Part shown: one piece after another, positions 12,255 to 24,628 of the stretch | Layout of the letters: every line of letters begins with the position of its first letter | Position numbering within the stretch: the first letter of the stretch is position 1 | NCBI GenBank assembly: GCA_038496445.1 | Contig: JALMLS010000423.1 | Coordinates: forward strand, 217,445 to 281,444 | Reading direction: 5' to 3' | DNA: 64,000 bases | From: Trichosphaerium sp. ATCC 40318 | Taxonomy: Eukaryota > Protista > Tubulinea | Notes under the pieces: model-generated | The model's database searches: none | The model's input: the letters and a program-made list of their open reading frames with translations, nothing else | Told to the model about the DNA's origin: nothing | Position numbers and translations under genes: made by a program

Positions 12255-14528
12255 ATGAGTTCTGGGCAGAGCCCAGAATATCAGTTTCACTACCCTGGTG
12301 AGTTTTTACGGCGAATGTCACTTTATTAACGCAATTACAGTGCCCAGTTCACAAACGACGCTCACTAAACGTAGTGTATGTGATAGTTGCGGAAAAAAGC
12401 TTGAGAAAATCGGTGGAACTTTAAAATGCCGGCATTGCGAAGACGTATGTACATTATAGCGATTGGGACATTAACAAAGCCGTTTTTATATTTTACAAGT
12501 ATTTTTGTTTTAATCTTGCCAAAAAGGATAACGAGCAACTTGTACACGTAAGGGATGGTTTATATGGCGATATAGTACACGAGAACTACTCGGTTACAGA
12601 TTTTTTCAAAAGCATCCCTGATCATGTCAAAGCCATGAATGGTGTATTACTAGAGTACGTACCTATCTTAAAACCATAAAATAAAATGATCAAACCCACA
12701 GCGAAACGAGTATTCCACATTTATAAACAGTCAAAATATTGTTTCTTGAATTGTGAGAAAAAAGTATCTGCTACCTACGCACTTACATAATGTCATAGAA
12801 TGGTGGAATATCTAGTCAACGATAGAGACTTTCCAATAGAGTTACACGATCTAACAGGTGCTATGTGGGTCCGTCTCCTTACAAAGATTGTACGGCTTTT
12901 TTCGTTGTATTTTGTGTACACATTTGACACTTTGGTATGTTTTTTCATTTTGACACTTGATTCAGAGAACTAGGACAAAACGTGCAATATACATATTTGA
13001 GAAAGGGGTACTAAGTGTATCTGTACGTAAAATATCAGATCTGAAACGTCTTGTGTTGCACGATAATCTTACTGTTATTTCAAGGGCGCTTTTGGTCTAC
13101 TTTGGCTTGTGTTTGTAACTTTAAGAATTCCTCTTCTCCTTACAGACATGCCATAGTACGTTATTGATTTCATCAAATGTAAAGTCTTGTAATTAGAGCT
13201 AAAGTACAGTAGCGTTGCTGGATTGATACCTACACATGTTTATGAACGTAAAATCACTGGAAAACTTCGAGAAAGTGCAAACTGGAATCCAGATTTAAAA
13301 GATTACGTACACCTTTAGCAGTTCTTGCTTATTCCTATAATATTAATTATGCTATCTAGTGCCAAATAGGCCATTTAGAACGTATAGTAAGTGAGCTTAT
13401 CCCTCAAATAGAGTGCGAGATACAATTCAATATGGTTTTATTTGTAACAACGTTAGTTTCGTTTTCCCTGCTCCACCATTTGGCGATATCATTCCACGTC
13501 TTACTGCACAACTATCACTACCAGGTCCGTCAAAATGATATTGTTGAAATAACAGTGTGCATTAATATTTGTTGGCAGATCGTGTTGCTAGAGTAGCAAT
13601 AAGGCTTGCTGAGGAACTACCAATACTTCGTCAAAAGTCTTCTAATAGTGTTGGTGTTAAGAGAACTGAAGAAAAAGTAAACAGACCAAGAGTTGTTTGT
13701 CTTTCGTTTATTATAACGGCAATACAAGCTCTAAAAGGATCAGGAGGTATGACATCTTACTCGCAAACCAATACGCCATTGTTCATTGGATGCAATCAGC
13801 TAAAGAAGTTTAGAATTTGATAGTTTCCGTTGGGTTGATCAACACACGACGTTTGAGTCTTCAGTGAATAAAACTCTTATAAGTAATGTAAATAATTTGG
13901 CAACTACAGTGGTACAAGCTAGTCGTGGTAAAGAAGGGAATAAGCAAAAACAAGATGTATACCTTAAGTTACTTGAAGGAATACAAGAGCAACAACAACG
14001 AAGTAAGGGTTTTTTGTGTTTTTTTTAAATAGTTAACTTCTTTATTCGTTTAGAGGATTATAGCTTTCCTATGCCTTCACAGTTTACAGGGTATATTATC
14101 AACGCTCTAAGTTGTATACTTACTTGTTTTTCATAGTGACGTTGTTGATGCTATTCCAGAAACTCAGGAGAATGAGCGACATATACCTCATCAATATCCA
14201 ATAGATGTAATCGATGATCAGTATGTCCACATGTTTGGTTATGTATCATTATAACAATATATATAGTAAGGAGACGCTCCTAGTGTCTACATGTGCTAGG
14301 TTACTTAATATTCATGCGCCATTCCTAAACACTTGGGTGAGCATCGTTGAGCGAACTTTGCTATTAAATTTAAGATCAACTTCATCAAATACAAAGAAAC
14401 TTCTTAATCGACATCGTCTTCATAAGAATTGGAAGTTTGATGCTTTAAAAGCTGTAAGAACGGCACAAGAAAAGAGGAGACGTGCTAAAGTTGATTGTTT
14501 TGACTCTGACGATTCAATGTCCTTGTAA
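12255..14528 (+). CDS. Probable RNA polymerase I TFIIB-like factor (TAF1B/Rrn7-like), multi-exon; some junctions unresolved
   Basis: N-terminal zinc ribbon CDSCGKKLEKIGGTLKCRHCE. Helical segments ISDLKRLVLHDNL, LERIVSELIP and PRVVCLSFIITAIQAL resemble TAF1B/Rrn7 cyclin-fold motifs, recalled rather than searched. Confidence 0.5.
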
Positions 14529-14991
14529 GACCAACCAACCGAAAAAAAACTAACTTTGTAAAAAAAAAAACTGAATAAAATGTAAGTGTAACAAGCTAGC
14601 TGTTATTACAGAGGATACATATTTTATATTTTAACAGTGATGCCAGTATCTTTAGGAAGTTGAAGAAGTTTGGAAACTATCACGTTTTTCTTACATTTTT
14701 GAGTTGAAAAAAAAGAAATTTCTGTTTTTTCATATTGCAACCGTTCCTCGTCTCTTGGTTTGATACTTGTATGGTTTCCTTTGTTGTACTAATAGTAATA
14801 TATTAGCATTCCATGAATAGACTTACCCATATTTATACTTGAGACTACCTTCAATGAATCTCAAAAAAGTAGGTTTCCGCTGACAAGAAATCTCGAAAAA
14901 AAAGTAAAAGTGTTATTTAATTTTCTTTATATTAGAAGCCACAATAGCCTATTTCTTACTCTAGTTTTCTCTTTCCGTCTAAGTAAATATA

Positions 14992-16666
14992 ATGGAGACG
15001 GCAGGAGTAATCTATCGCCACGTAGCTGAGATGTGGTTAGGAGGAAAGAATGCAAACATCTATTTACAGTTCGGAGTACGTTTTACGCAGGATTACGTAT
15101 TGTCATGGCTTTTTAACACGTTTACAGCTGCTATTTATGACTTTAAGTATAAATATCTGTTTTTTGATGGGCAGTATATCTCTAGGCAAGCAACGACGCT
15201 TATAGACTATATTTACGAGTTGTAAAACTAATTATTAACGGCAGGTGCCGTGATAGCTGTATTGGTCATTCTTGCACTAGTTATATTCACCACAACGATG
15301 CTGGGGTATGTTTGGTAGTAAACCATACACTGTCAACTCAACATTAATCACATGCGACATTAAATTTTTGGTTCAGGTGGTATTTCAGTGGCGGATGGGT
15401 TGGCGCTGGCTTTATTGTTGGCGCTCTAATACTTAGCTTGGGCGTCGGTTTCTCTTCTCATTTCTACTACTCCATACAAAACCGTAACTCCCCTGTTAAC
15501 CTTAACGCAACAGTGGCATCAGTAAGTTGATACATTCTCATTTTTTTCAAAAAAAAGCCTCCAAAATACTTCGGCAACTAACTCTATTGCTAAACAAAGG
15601 CATCTGGTAGATATTATAATGTTATGTACTTCACAGACTCGCCAATTGTTGATGTAGCTAAGATGGGTCAGAAAGTAGTATGTAACTAGAAAACTATCCA
15701 AACACGTGATTTGTTAACAAAAAGGTGTTTGTTTAGTTTGTTACTCCAACAAGCGCTCAAAATGATTACTACTGTGTTGCACCTATAACAACTAAAGATT
15801 CACATATCAATTCTACCTCTAAAGCGCAACTATGGGCTTATTGCTATGCAGGTAGGATTCCACGTGATTCCAAGTTGACCACAACACTAAAAATGATTAA
15901 AAGGTAACATGAGGTGCAAAGACGCTTTGCAAGCTAACAAGAACTGTTTCAAGAAGTGGCATCAGGACATTAACTCTGGTACACCTTGTTAATACAAAAA
16001 CCAATCTCTAATGACTTGAACCCGCTCTAGGTGTTCGTATAGAAGGATCATCTATTCACTATGCTAAGGATGCTATAAAAGATGCCGAGAAGAAGTATGG
16101 TTTTGAAGGTATATCATCAGCACCAATAATATATTGGGACGAACCTTCGAGTGTTTTTGAATCGTGGAACAGAAGTTTTATTCTCAGTTTAGCAATTTCT
16201 AATGGCATTTGGTACACCACTTATAATTATCCATCACCAACTTTTTGGGCTTTATTTCTTGTATTAATTGACTTGAACAATCTTCTTTGCCATTTTACAA
16301 CTCTTCACAATGTGACTAGAAATAGATATTTTGTTTTTATAAGGCTTTATTAACGCAAGGTTGTTTCTTCTTTGGTGGGAAAACCAAGTCGGATTTGAAT
16401 GAATTGAACTGTTGATTTTACTTTCCTTACTTTTGCCTGTAACTTACTGTATTAGGCTTATTATTTCTTTAATTTTTGTTCCACATTGGATCAGTCTCAG
16501 GATTAAACTTCACAAGCAATACCAAAGTATGTAATATCTACTATGAATAAATTAACAGTTCTTTTGTACAATGGTTTTATCTCTAGTAGTGCCAATACGT
16601 TGCATGTTACACGCTAACGGCACTTCTTGATTTGCTATGCGAGTTTCAGATATCAGTACAAGGTGA
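14992..16666 (+). CDS. Membrane protein: 3 TM + Cys-containing luminal domain + 1 TM; function unknown
   Basis: Hydrophobic exons LLFMTLSINICFLMG, AVIAVLVILALVIFT and GAGFIVGALILSLGVG. Luminal YYCVAPIT...LWAYCY...APIIYWDEP, then the TM FILSLAISNGIW|LIISLIFV. A GC-AG intron starts at 15186. The 3' end is approximate. Confidence 0.65.
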
Positions 16667-17135
16667 ATAATAGTGGCTTAATTAACCCGAGTGAAGTCTA
16701 CTCCCAGACTTTATACCTTAAAGGCCGAATAATGGCTAAAATTTATGGCATACAGATTGCAAAGAATTTCGGTTGTACCAAAGTTGGTGAGTATGGTATC
16801 TGTGTACGTAAAACTGCGTGGAATAAGGACTCAATAAGCCCAGATAATTTGTGTGGTCTCACGTGCCAAGTATACTAACTAGGTTGTTCACTATTACCTG
16901 GTAGAACTTCAAAAAGAGAACAAGTGTCATTTATTGGTATTTACCAACAAAATAAAGAAGCTATAGTTGTTCCAAATGTTAAACAACCAAGATCATGGGC
17001 TATTTTAGGTCTAACCGTTGCTCCCAGAGTCCAGTTGCACAGTGAACCATATAGTAACTTAAGTACCATGTTAAGCGAAGAAAGGTTGGCAGAAATTCTC
17101 AAATTATTTGAACTAATTTACCTATTCGAGGAAGT

Positions 17136-20100
17136 ATGTCTGATAGTCCTCCATCAAAGCGTACTCCCGATGAGTCCGTTGACTTGACTCTTTCGCTGCC
17201 ATACGAAGTACTATTAGAGATATTCGACCAACTACCAATAAATACCGTAAAATCAACATGCAGTCTTGTAAATGTGCGTACATTAATATTCAACGCCTCA
17301 AACGCGTTCAAAACCAAAAACGATCGGTAAGCGTCTTATCCAACTCTAGCTTATGTGGAATGATGTTTCAAGGGCTGATATGTTTTCACTGACACTTCTT
17401 GGTACCGTTGGCGCGGTTTTACGTGTTTTTGACAAATTGTTTAGCAACGCACGAATTTCCACCACAAACCTTAGACCCACCGTATTGGCGGAGTTCCAAC
17501 AAAAAGCATGTACCAGCGACAATGTCAGCAAACAAAAAATTGCACAGTTGTGCTGTTTCACGCTTAGCAGACTATAATACATGGCATACAACCTTACAAG
17601 TACATAACAAACGACCTAAAGTGATAAAAACGTTAACAACTTGTTCAGTTATTGAACGAAGATGAAGAAATGTTTTGGGTTGGGAATACTACTCTTCCTA
17701 TGTGTTACTTCTCTCACCATCTTGTTACCTTGTCTACACAACAGTTGACTGGTAACGATAGTTTGTGGGTATTAAAGTGGACTCCAGAACCTAGTGAGAT
17801 GGTGTATGGACAACCTGCACGGCTGGATATAATGATGAACACAGCTAGGTATTTTATGAAGAAAATCAGTCGTGATGTTTTTTTTTTTTGGTTCCTTCAG
17901 CTTTAACTATTGTACAAGGTTACGAAGATTAGCAGTATCTGGTGCTCAAATACCTAATATTAAACTATTCTATACAGTTATGCAAAGGCATATTGTTGAG
18001 TTATTAGAGAAAAAACGTGCTGCAAAGTTAAAACAGTTTAGTGATTCTTTTATTCCAACGGTACGAAAAAAAAACTTCGTGGACTTGTCAATCTCTCTGA
18101 TGCTCTTCTATTTAGAAAATAATATCTAGAATACAACAACCATCATTATTGAAAACAAAATTGTACAAGTACCAATTAGATTCTGTAACGTGGATGAAGT
18201 CAATCGAAAAAGATGTTAAAAATAGAAGCGGTTCGTTGAATAATTTTTTTTAGTCGGTTGTTTTCTGGATATTGTATCCGTCAGATTATATATCAATGAT
18301 TTAATTTCATGCACTAGTATTTCAGTATAGTTGTCTTGCAGTATTACCTAAATTTCGTGGTGTAATGTTTAATATAAGCCCTCAGCGTATAACGACTGAA
18401 GAAAGGGCAAAAGGCAACCCTGAATACGCCAGTGAATTGACTTTTAGAGGAGGTGTATTGGCAGATGAGATGGGTTTAGGTACATCATTTCAATACATAC
18501 ATTCTTAGGTGTTGACTTTTTTTACCAAATAGGCAAGACATTGGAAGTCATTGGACTCATGGTCGATAAACAAGCACCCAAGGAATTTTATGGAACTAAA
18601 GAAAAACCAGAAATTATAAAAACTGAAGACTCTACGAGATTGAGCATAAAAGCAACATTGAGTACGTAGTAGAATATGAATTAAAAGGCTACTGTCCAAC
18701 ATGGAGAAGTGTACTTGTCGCCTATGCAATAACATTTTCCCTTTGTTATTGACAAAAACTAAAGCTGTTTAGTTGTTTGTCCGAGTCATCTGTGTAAGCA
18801 GTGGCTTGATGAAATTAATAAACATACTGATGGTAACTTGAATATTCTTAAAGTACCAACTGTATCACAATGGCGTAAACTTACATTAGGTGATTTTTAC
18901 GATGCAGGTAAGACTTCTATTTTCCATGTTTTTGTCTGTTAATCATTTTCTACAGACGTTGTTATTATTTCCTACAGTTTTCTTAAAAGTGGAGTATACT
19001 CAAGACATATATATAACAATGCCAATAATATGGCCATAACGGATGAAGTCATGGTAGGTAGATTTGGACTAGCTACAGAGCAACTCAAGGTACAAAAAAA
19101 TTAGCGCACTACAAGCCTGTATATCACTCTGAATTGAGTGATCTCCTATTTGAGTTGAGCCATGAATGCTCAGTTACAGTGATTGCTCTTACTCATCTGC
19201 TTTCAAGGCGTACTTGGAATCAGACATAAGTTTGTGGAAACAAAAAAAAGTACCCCTAGAGTGCTTTAATTGGCATCGAGTAGTAACTGATGAGGTACCA
19301 ACCCACTCTTTTTTTTAATGACAAACAAATATATTGTTATCCATAACTTATTATAACTTAGGGTCATGATAAACTTGATAAAGACTACTTTTATGGTACA
19401 CTTTGCTGTTTTTGAAATGACTTGGTTTAACTTTTTTCTTTAGTCTTTTTTCGTGATATAGCAGCCCAATACTGTTGGTATGTATCTGGTATGTTAAATA
19501 TATATTTATAACACACGTGAGTGTATACGTTAATTTGTTAAATCTTTAGGTACTCCGTTTCCAAGCTGGGAAACTATTGATGGTGTAATGACTTTTTTGA
19601 AATTTACATCAAATAAGGGTAAAGTACATCTACCGTTCAAAGAGTATTTCTCACTACCATGGTACTTGAATATATTAGCTTTTTAAATAACTATAGTATT
19701 GATTGTAAGACTAACACGTGGTTTTTAAAGGGTACTTCCAAAAAAAACAGTGAAATATACGAGAAGACTTGAAAGTTGGGGTCTCGCCCAAACTTTTGCT
19801 GATCAACACCAGTAAGCATTTGCTGACAGTAATACCTAACCAATCATATTGAAAATTGTTGTTGTATATTACTTGCCTTTATGTTTGTTGAAACTTTAGT
19901 GGCGTATCATGCTTTCTTATTTTTTTCTTACTTCTAAGGCGTGTTTAATTACTAAACAGGTGGGTTGCTTCAGATGTTCTATTTAATAATTTGTATTGGA
20001 GACATACTAAAGAAAGTGTTGTGGATGAATTTGACATACCAGACTATGTTACAGGTACATTTATGCTTCACTATTCAAAGCAGTTCATTTGCGTTTCATT

Positions 20101-22420
20101 TGGATTACTTGAATATTCAACCAAACGCTTTTGTTTGTTGTAACACATTGACTTTTTTTGATAGATAAACAGCTTTTGACTTTTCACAATATTGAACAAA
20201 CAGTGTATCAATGTCATGAGCTTGACAAAAATCAAGGTAGTTTTGATTTCACAAACCTAAAAAAAAAAGCAACAAATCATTTTCATCAACATTACTTATA
20301 TATGTTTCTTTGCAGAGCAAATGGGAATGATATGCTCTATTTTACATAATGAAAACAGTGATAATGGTATAGAGGGATTAAGAGAGTACATGTTGAGTGA
20401 AACAGAGGTACTTACAGTGCCCATGCGCATTAGCGATAAAAGAAAAAAACCCGATAAACAATATTTAGAACACGCTTTCTTCAGCACCTGGCGCCTTGAA
20501 AACTCTAGCCTCTCAAATAGAATCAACAAAAAAAAATATCAAAGAGTGTCCGAAACGTCTTGAAAAAGCTATAAGCAATAAAGCGAAGCTAGACGTACAT
20601 ACTCATACGAGATTTAGATGAAACAGCTAACTAATGTTCTTTTTATACAGGCTAAATACAATGAACTACGTTCGACTTCTCGGTTTACAGAAATGTCAAA
20701 GATTCACCATAAGAGATATACTCTTCATAATAAGATAGTTGAGATCAAAGCCCAAATACAGAGGTTACCAGATTGGTTGATTACCCTCAAAGAACGTGTT
20801 GAAAGAAAAAAGATTGAACTTGCAAATGCCAAGAAAAAGATAGAACCACTAAAATCATTGGTACCTCCACCCTTCATTACCTACCTAGTTTGAAGTATTC
20901 TTATTAATGAATTTGTTAGGCAAGCGTAGATATGTCATTCTTAACAAAGAAGAGGCTACCTAAAGGTAAAAAAAGTATTAGAGGATCAGGAACTGGGTTC
21001 AAGGCTTGGAATGTCAAACAGTAAGTTTTTGTTGTTGTTGGCTTAACTTCTTGTGGATTGACTCTGATATTGTGTTAGGATAAAAGAACAGCTTGGTCAT
21101 AGGAATGCCAGTACTGACGGGAACAAAGAAGAGCTTGGTAAGAGACTAAAAGCTATTGTTGAACAAGAACAAAAAGACATTAAGGTACGTTCAAATCGGT
21201 GTTTTTTTGTTTACTAACAATACTAGCGTGGTTCATCTCCGTGTATGTACAAAACCTTGACACCAGAAGAAACCATACTACTTTATGGTACAAAAATGGG
21301 AAGCGTTATTGATTTTCTTCTATCTATGTGGAAGGAGAAACCTAACGAGCAAGTCATATTATTCAGTCAGGTAATTGTTTTTATTTTCTTGTTGTTTGAA
21401 AACACCTTCCTTTAACCTATTTTTGAACTAGTTCCAAGAAGTACTTAATCAAGTGAACAATTTGTTATCTGAGAATAGTATTATTACTACCTCGGTGTCA
21501 GGGTACGCAATATGTCTTATTTATTTGTTTGTTATTGTAACTCATCAACTCTTGTAGAAATGTGTATCAAAGAGAAAAGGCAATTACTGCATTTACAGAA
21601 GGAACTGCTAAAGTCATTCTTTTGGGGTACTGTTTAACCTTTGTTTCAGCATTATTTTTTGTGCATGAAACTCCTGACATCATTTATTTAAAGGTTACAA
21701 AACGCTGCTTCCGGAACTAATCTAATGAATGCAAAATACATTATTTTACTTGGTAAGTTTTTTTCAACGTTGTCAAACAGTGTTACACCCTGTGGCGAAA
21801 GTGTTGTAACCGGTGTTGTTTTAGATCCACCTAAAGGAACTAAAGAAGAGATTAAAGCAATAGAAGAACAAGCAATTGGTAGAGCTTACAGGTAAAGACA
21901 GCAGTTTTAAGTATTTTATGTGAAGAACTTTTATTTGGTTTGGTTTCTCGTTCTTACTTATTGTTTCAGGATGGGACAAAAACATAAAGTCACTATAGTA
22001 AGGTTTATTATAAGGGGTACATTTGAAGAAAAACTTGTACAAGAAAACTTAGAAAGTACGTGAAAAACCATGAAAACTGGATTTTTTGATAGCAACAAAA
22101 TACAGCCTTTCAAAAAAACATCTTTTCTTTTCTATCAAATCCATTTTTGTGTATGGCTTCTTAGACCTTCAAACCATTACTGCTGTATTCAAAACTGTTT
22201 TAAATTAATAATAATAGGTGATGACGAAATGGATTGTGATAGTGTCAGCGGAGAGAACGAAGAGAGTATTAACTCTACCAAACAAAATTCAAAGAAAAAG
22301 AGGAAGAAAAGAAAGATAAAATTAACACGTACTAGTAGCCTTGGTACACTTGTTGTCAATTCTCCGAAGAAAAAGAAACAAAGAAAATCAAACAAATTGG
22401 AAGGAGGTAGTACCAATTAA
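17136..22420 (+). CDS. F-box + SNF2-family (Rad5/Rad16/SHPRH-like) helicase with internal SAP domain, multi-exon
   Basis: F-box LSLPYEVLLEIFDQLP. Helicase motifs GGVLADEMGLG|KT, LVVCPSHLCKQW, WHRVVTDE|GH, WYVSG|TP, VILFSQ|F, AASGTNL and EEQAIGRAY|RMGQ. SAP motif FKAWNVKQ|IKEQLGHRNASTDGNKEELGKRL at about 20998-21150. Confidence 0.88.
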
Positions 22421-22619
22421 AAAGACAAGCTATTAGGTATGATGTAATTGTATCACCCAAGAAAGAATAAATGAGAAAACCTTTTTTCAAATGGCTACCA
22501 TTGATTTATTTCATACTCTGCAATCTTACCACATCTCTTGCATTTAAATACGCCACTATCCAATATTAGAATAGTCTAATGAAACAAGTTATGTGAACAA
22601 ATAGTACCTCGCTATGCCA

Positions 22620-22765
22620 CCAGCACTTGCTGGAGTTCACACCATTGATCTTGATTGTAGTAAAGGCGGCATCAATTCGCTTTCTATGCACATGCAATAG
22701 ATCTTTCAAAATACACAGTTACTGATGAGGCTATTACACAATGGCTAAGTCGCGTTCCTATGTAA
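22620..22765 (+). pseudogene. Degenerate LAGVHT-type LRR fragment
   Basis: gcacttgctggagttcacaccattgatctt translates as ALAGVHTIDL. After a frame break it reads HAIDLSKYTVTDEAI. Confidence 0.6.
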
Positions 22766-22999
22766 TAGAAATATGTGAAACTGGCATTGAAAGCTACAAT
22801 ATTGTGAACAAAATAATAAATAAAAGTTATGAACAGTTAAATAGCCCTGAAATATGCCACCCTTACTACATGTACATGGTGCTGTTTCCATGTCTAAAGA
22901 GTATAAGCATGTAATATTACGTTACTCAAGTTTCGTCAGTGATTCATGCACAGCGGAATTTTTAACCTTAACTTTATTATCCACACTACAAACACTTGT

Positions 23000-24337
23000 T
23001 CACCAATCATACCATAGTTTACTACTAGAAACCCTCTGTATCATCTTTTGATGTGCACGCCTAAAATCACGTGGATGCCGATTTGAGAAATCCTTTCTTA
23101 AAGAATCAAAAATACTTGAAATTTCTGCTGATCTGCTTAGAATAAGGCATTTTTTATCATTAAGTACTTTCATGAAATGAGCCATGTTTAAATGATACAT
23201 ATCATCTGATAAATCAAAGAAGAATAGTGTTAGGTATTCTCTTGTATTATACTGAGAAGCAGTGACTAGTAAACCCATAGAAAATTTACAACGTATACCT
23301 TTGAGATGACGACAAGAAGATAAAAGAGTATGCCATCCTGCATCATGTGAAGAGTTGTACGCATAGAATTGTATGTAATTCAATTTAGGACATGATCTTG
23401 ATATCAGAGATAGTTCAGTACTTGATAGTGATGATGAGCCAATACTTAAAGTATTCAAAGAATGACATATCCTATTCTTGAATAAAACATTCAACACACT
23501 TTGTGTACCTTTCATTATATTCAAGCTGTTAAGTTCAAGTGTCTTTAAGTACTTTAAAGTTGATACTAATCTAAAAACAGATTGATCTATTGCAGATGCC
23601 ATGAGATTGCTGAATACAAGTGTATTCAATTTATCACAGTTTGATATACAGTTGTTTATACCTTTCTGTCTCGGTGAGATCCGTGGCTTAACTAAAACCA
23701 ACGATTTTAAGCCAGGTAAAATATTTCCAATAGCTTCAATGTCTTCGTTTTTAAGACCAACAGTGCGAATCGATGTTAATCTAGTACAAGCGTTGATAAT
23801 GTCACGAAATACAGGTGTACTGTGGCCAAGTTTCAGGACCTCCAATCGCGTTAGAAGCGTTAACAATGAATATCCTTTGTCTCCAAGATTTCTGGCACTA
23901 CCAACACTGAAGCATCGTAGAGAAGGGATATGCTCTGTTATCAAGGCAGTAAAGTCTTTACTAATCTCTGTTGAAACCCTTGGAAGTCCTAGAGCCACTA
24001 AAGACTTAACAGAAGGACTTGAGTTCTTCTCGCTTTTGATTTCAATTAATTTTTGAATATCGCCATTGGCAATGTTTTTACTGGCATACAAGTTCACAGA
24101 GCGAACGTGTTTAATGTAAGTTGTGTCTACTAATAGTTCAAGAGAGAGATTATCACTATTAGTGGAGTATTCAACGTATTGGTAGTGGATTGAACTTAAA
24201 AGCAGAGTATTAAACGTCCTGCATACAAGTTTGAGAATAGGTAAAGCGTCTGTCTCTAGAAAGCCAATAATAAGATCAAATACATTGCATATAAATAAAG
24301 CTTTGCTTTCAACGACTCTTTGTTTACTGTCAGTCAT
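23000..24337 (-). CDS. Intronless F-box/LRR (RNI-like) protein, 445 aa
   Basis: F-box-like VFDLIIGFLETDALPILKLVCRTFN followed by LRR-like segments (IPSLRCFSV, LTRLEVLKLG, CPKLNYIQF, CRHLKGI). It is a single open ORF. Confidence 0.8.
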   Translation of the reverse strand: MTDSKQRVVESKALFICNVFDLIIGFLETDALPILKLVCRTFNTLLLSSIHYQYVEYSTNSDNLSLELLVDTTYIKHVRSVNLYASKNIANGDIQKLIEIKSEKNSSPSVKSLVALGLPRVSTEISKDFTALITEHIPSLRCFSVGSARNLGDKGYSLLTLLTRLEVLKLGHSTPVFRDIINACTRLTSIRTVGLKNEDIEAIGNILPGLKSLVLVKPRISPRQKGINNCISNCDKLNTLVFSNLMASAIDQSVFRLVSTLKYLKTLELNSLNIMKGTQSVLNVLFKNRICHSLNTLSIGSSSLSSTELSLISRSCPKLNYIQFYAYNSSHDAGWHTLLSSCRHLKGIRCKFSMGLLVTASQYNTREYLTLFFFDLSDDMYHLNMAHFMKVLNDKKCLILSRSAEISSIFDSLRKDFSNRHPRDFRRAHQKMIQRVSSSKLWYDW

Positions 24338-24628
24338 TTAACGCCACGTGGAAAATAAATAAACGGCCGTGTTAAAGTCAACCAAAATCACCTAAAATCG
24401 GATTTTTATTTTTTGACCACACGTGATTGTTTGTACAAATACTGTTCGGTGAAAGCTCCACCCTAATAAACACACAGGAACATCAAAGAGGCATCACATC
24501 AACAAGGATTTTGTGCACTTGATTCTAAATAACAACAGCAAACCGGTATGGTAGTGATCTTTTTTTATTTAATTTTTTTGTTTACCTTTTCATATTTTTT
24601 TTTCTGTTTTTTGTTTACCAATGTCTAT

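Noticed and set aside
16627-17130. ORFs 16627-16878 and 16924-17187 that could splice together
   Set aside because: No motif and no consistent phase link to the flanking genes; left uncalled.
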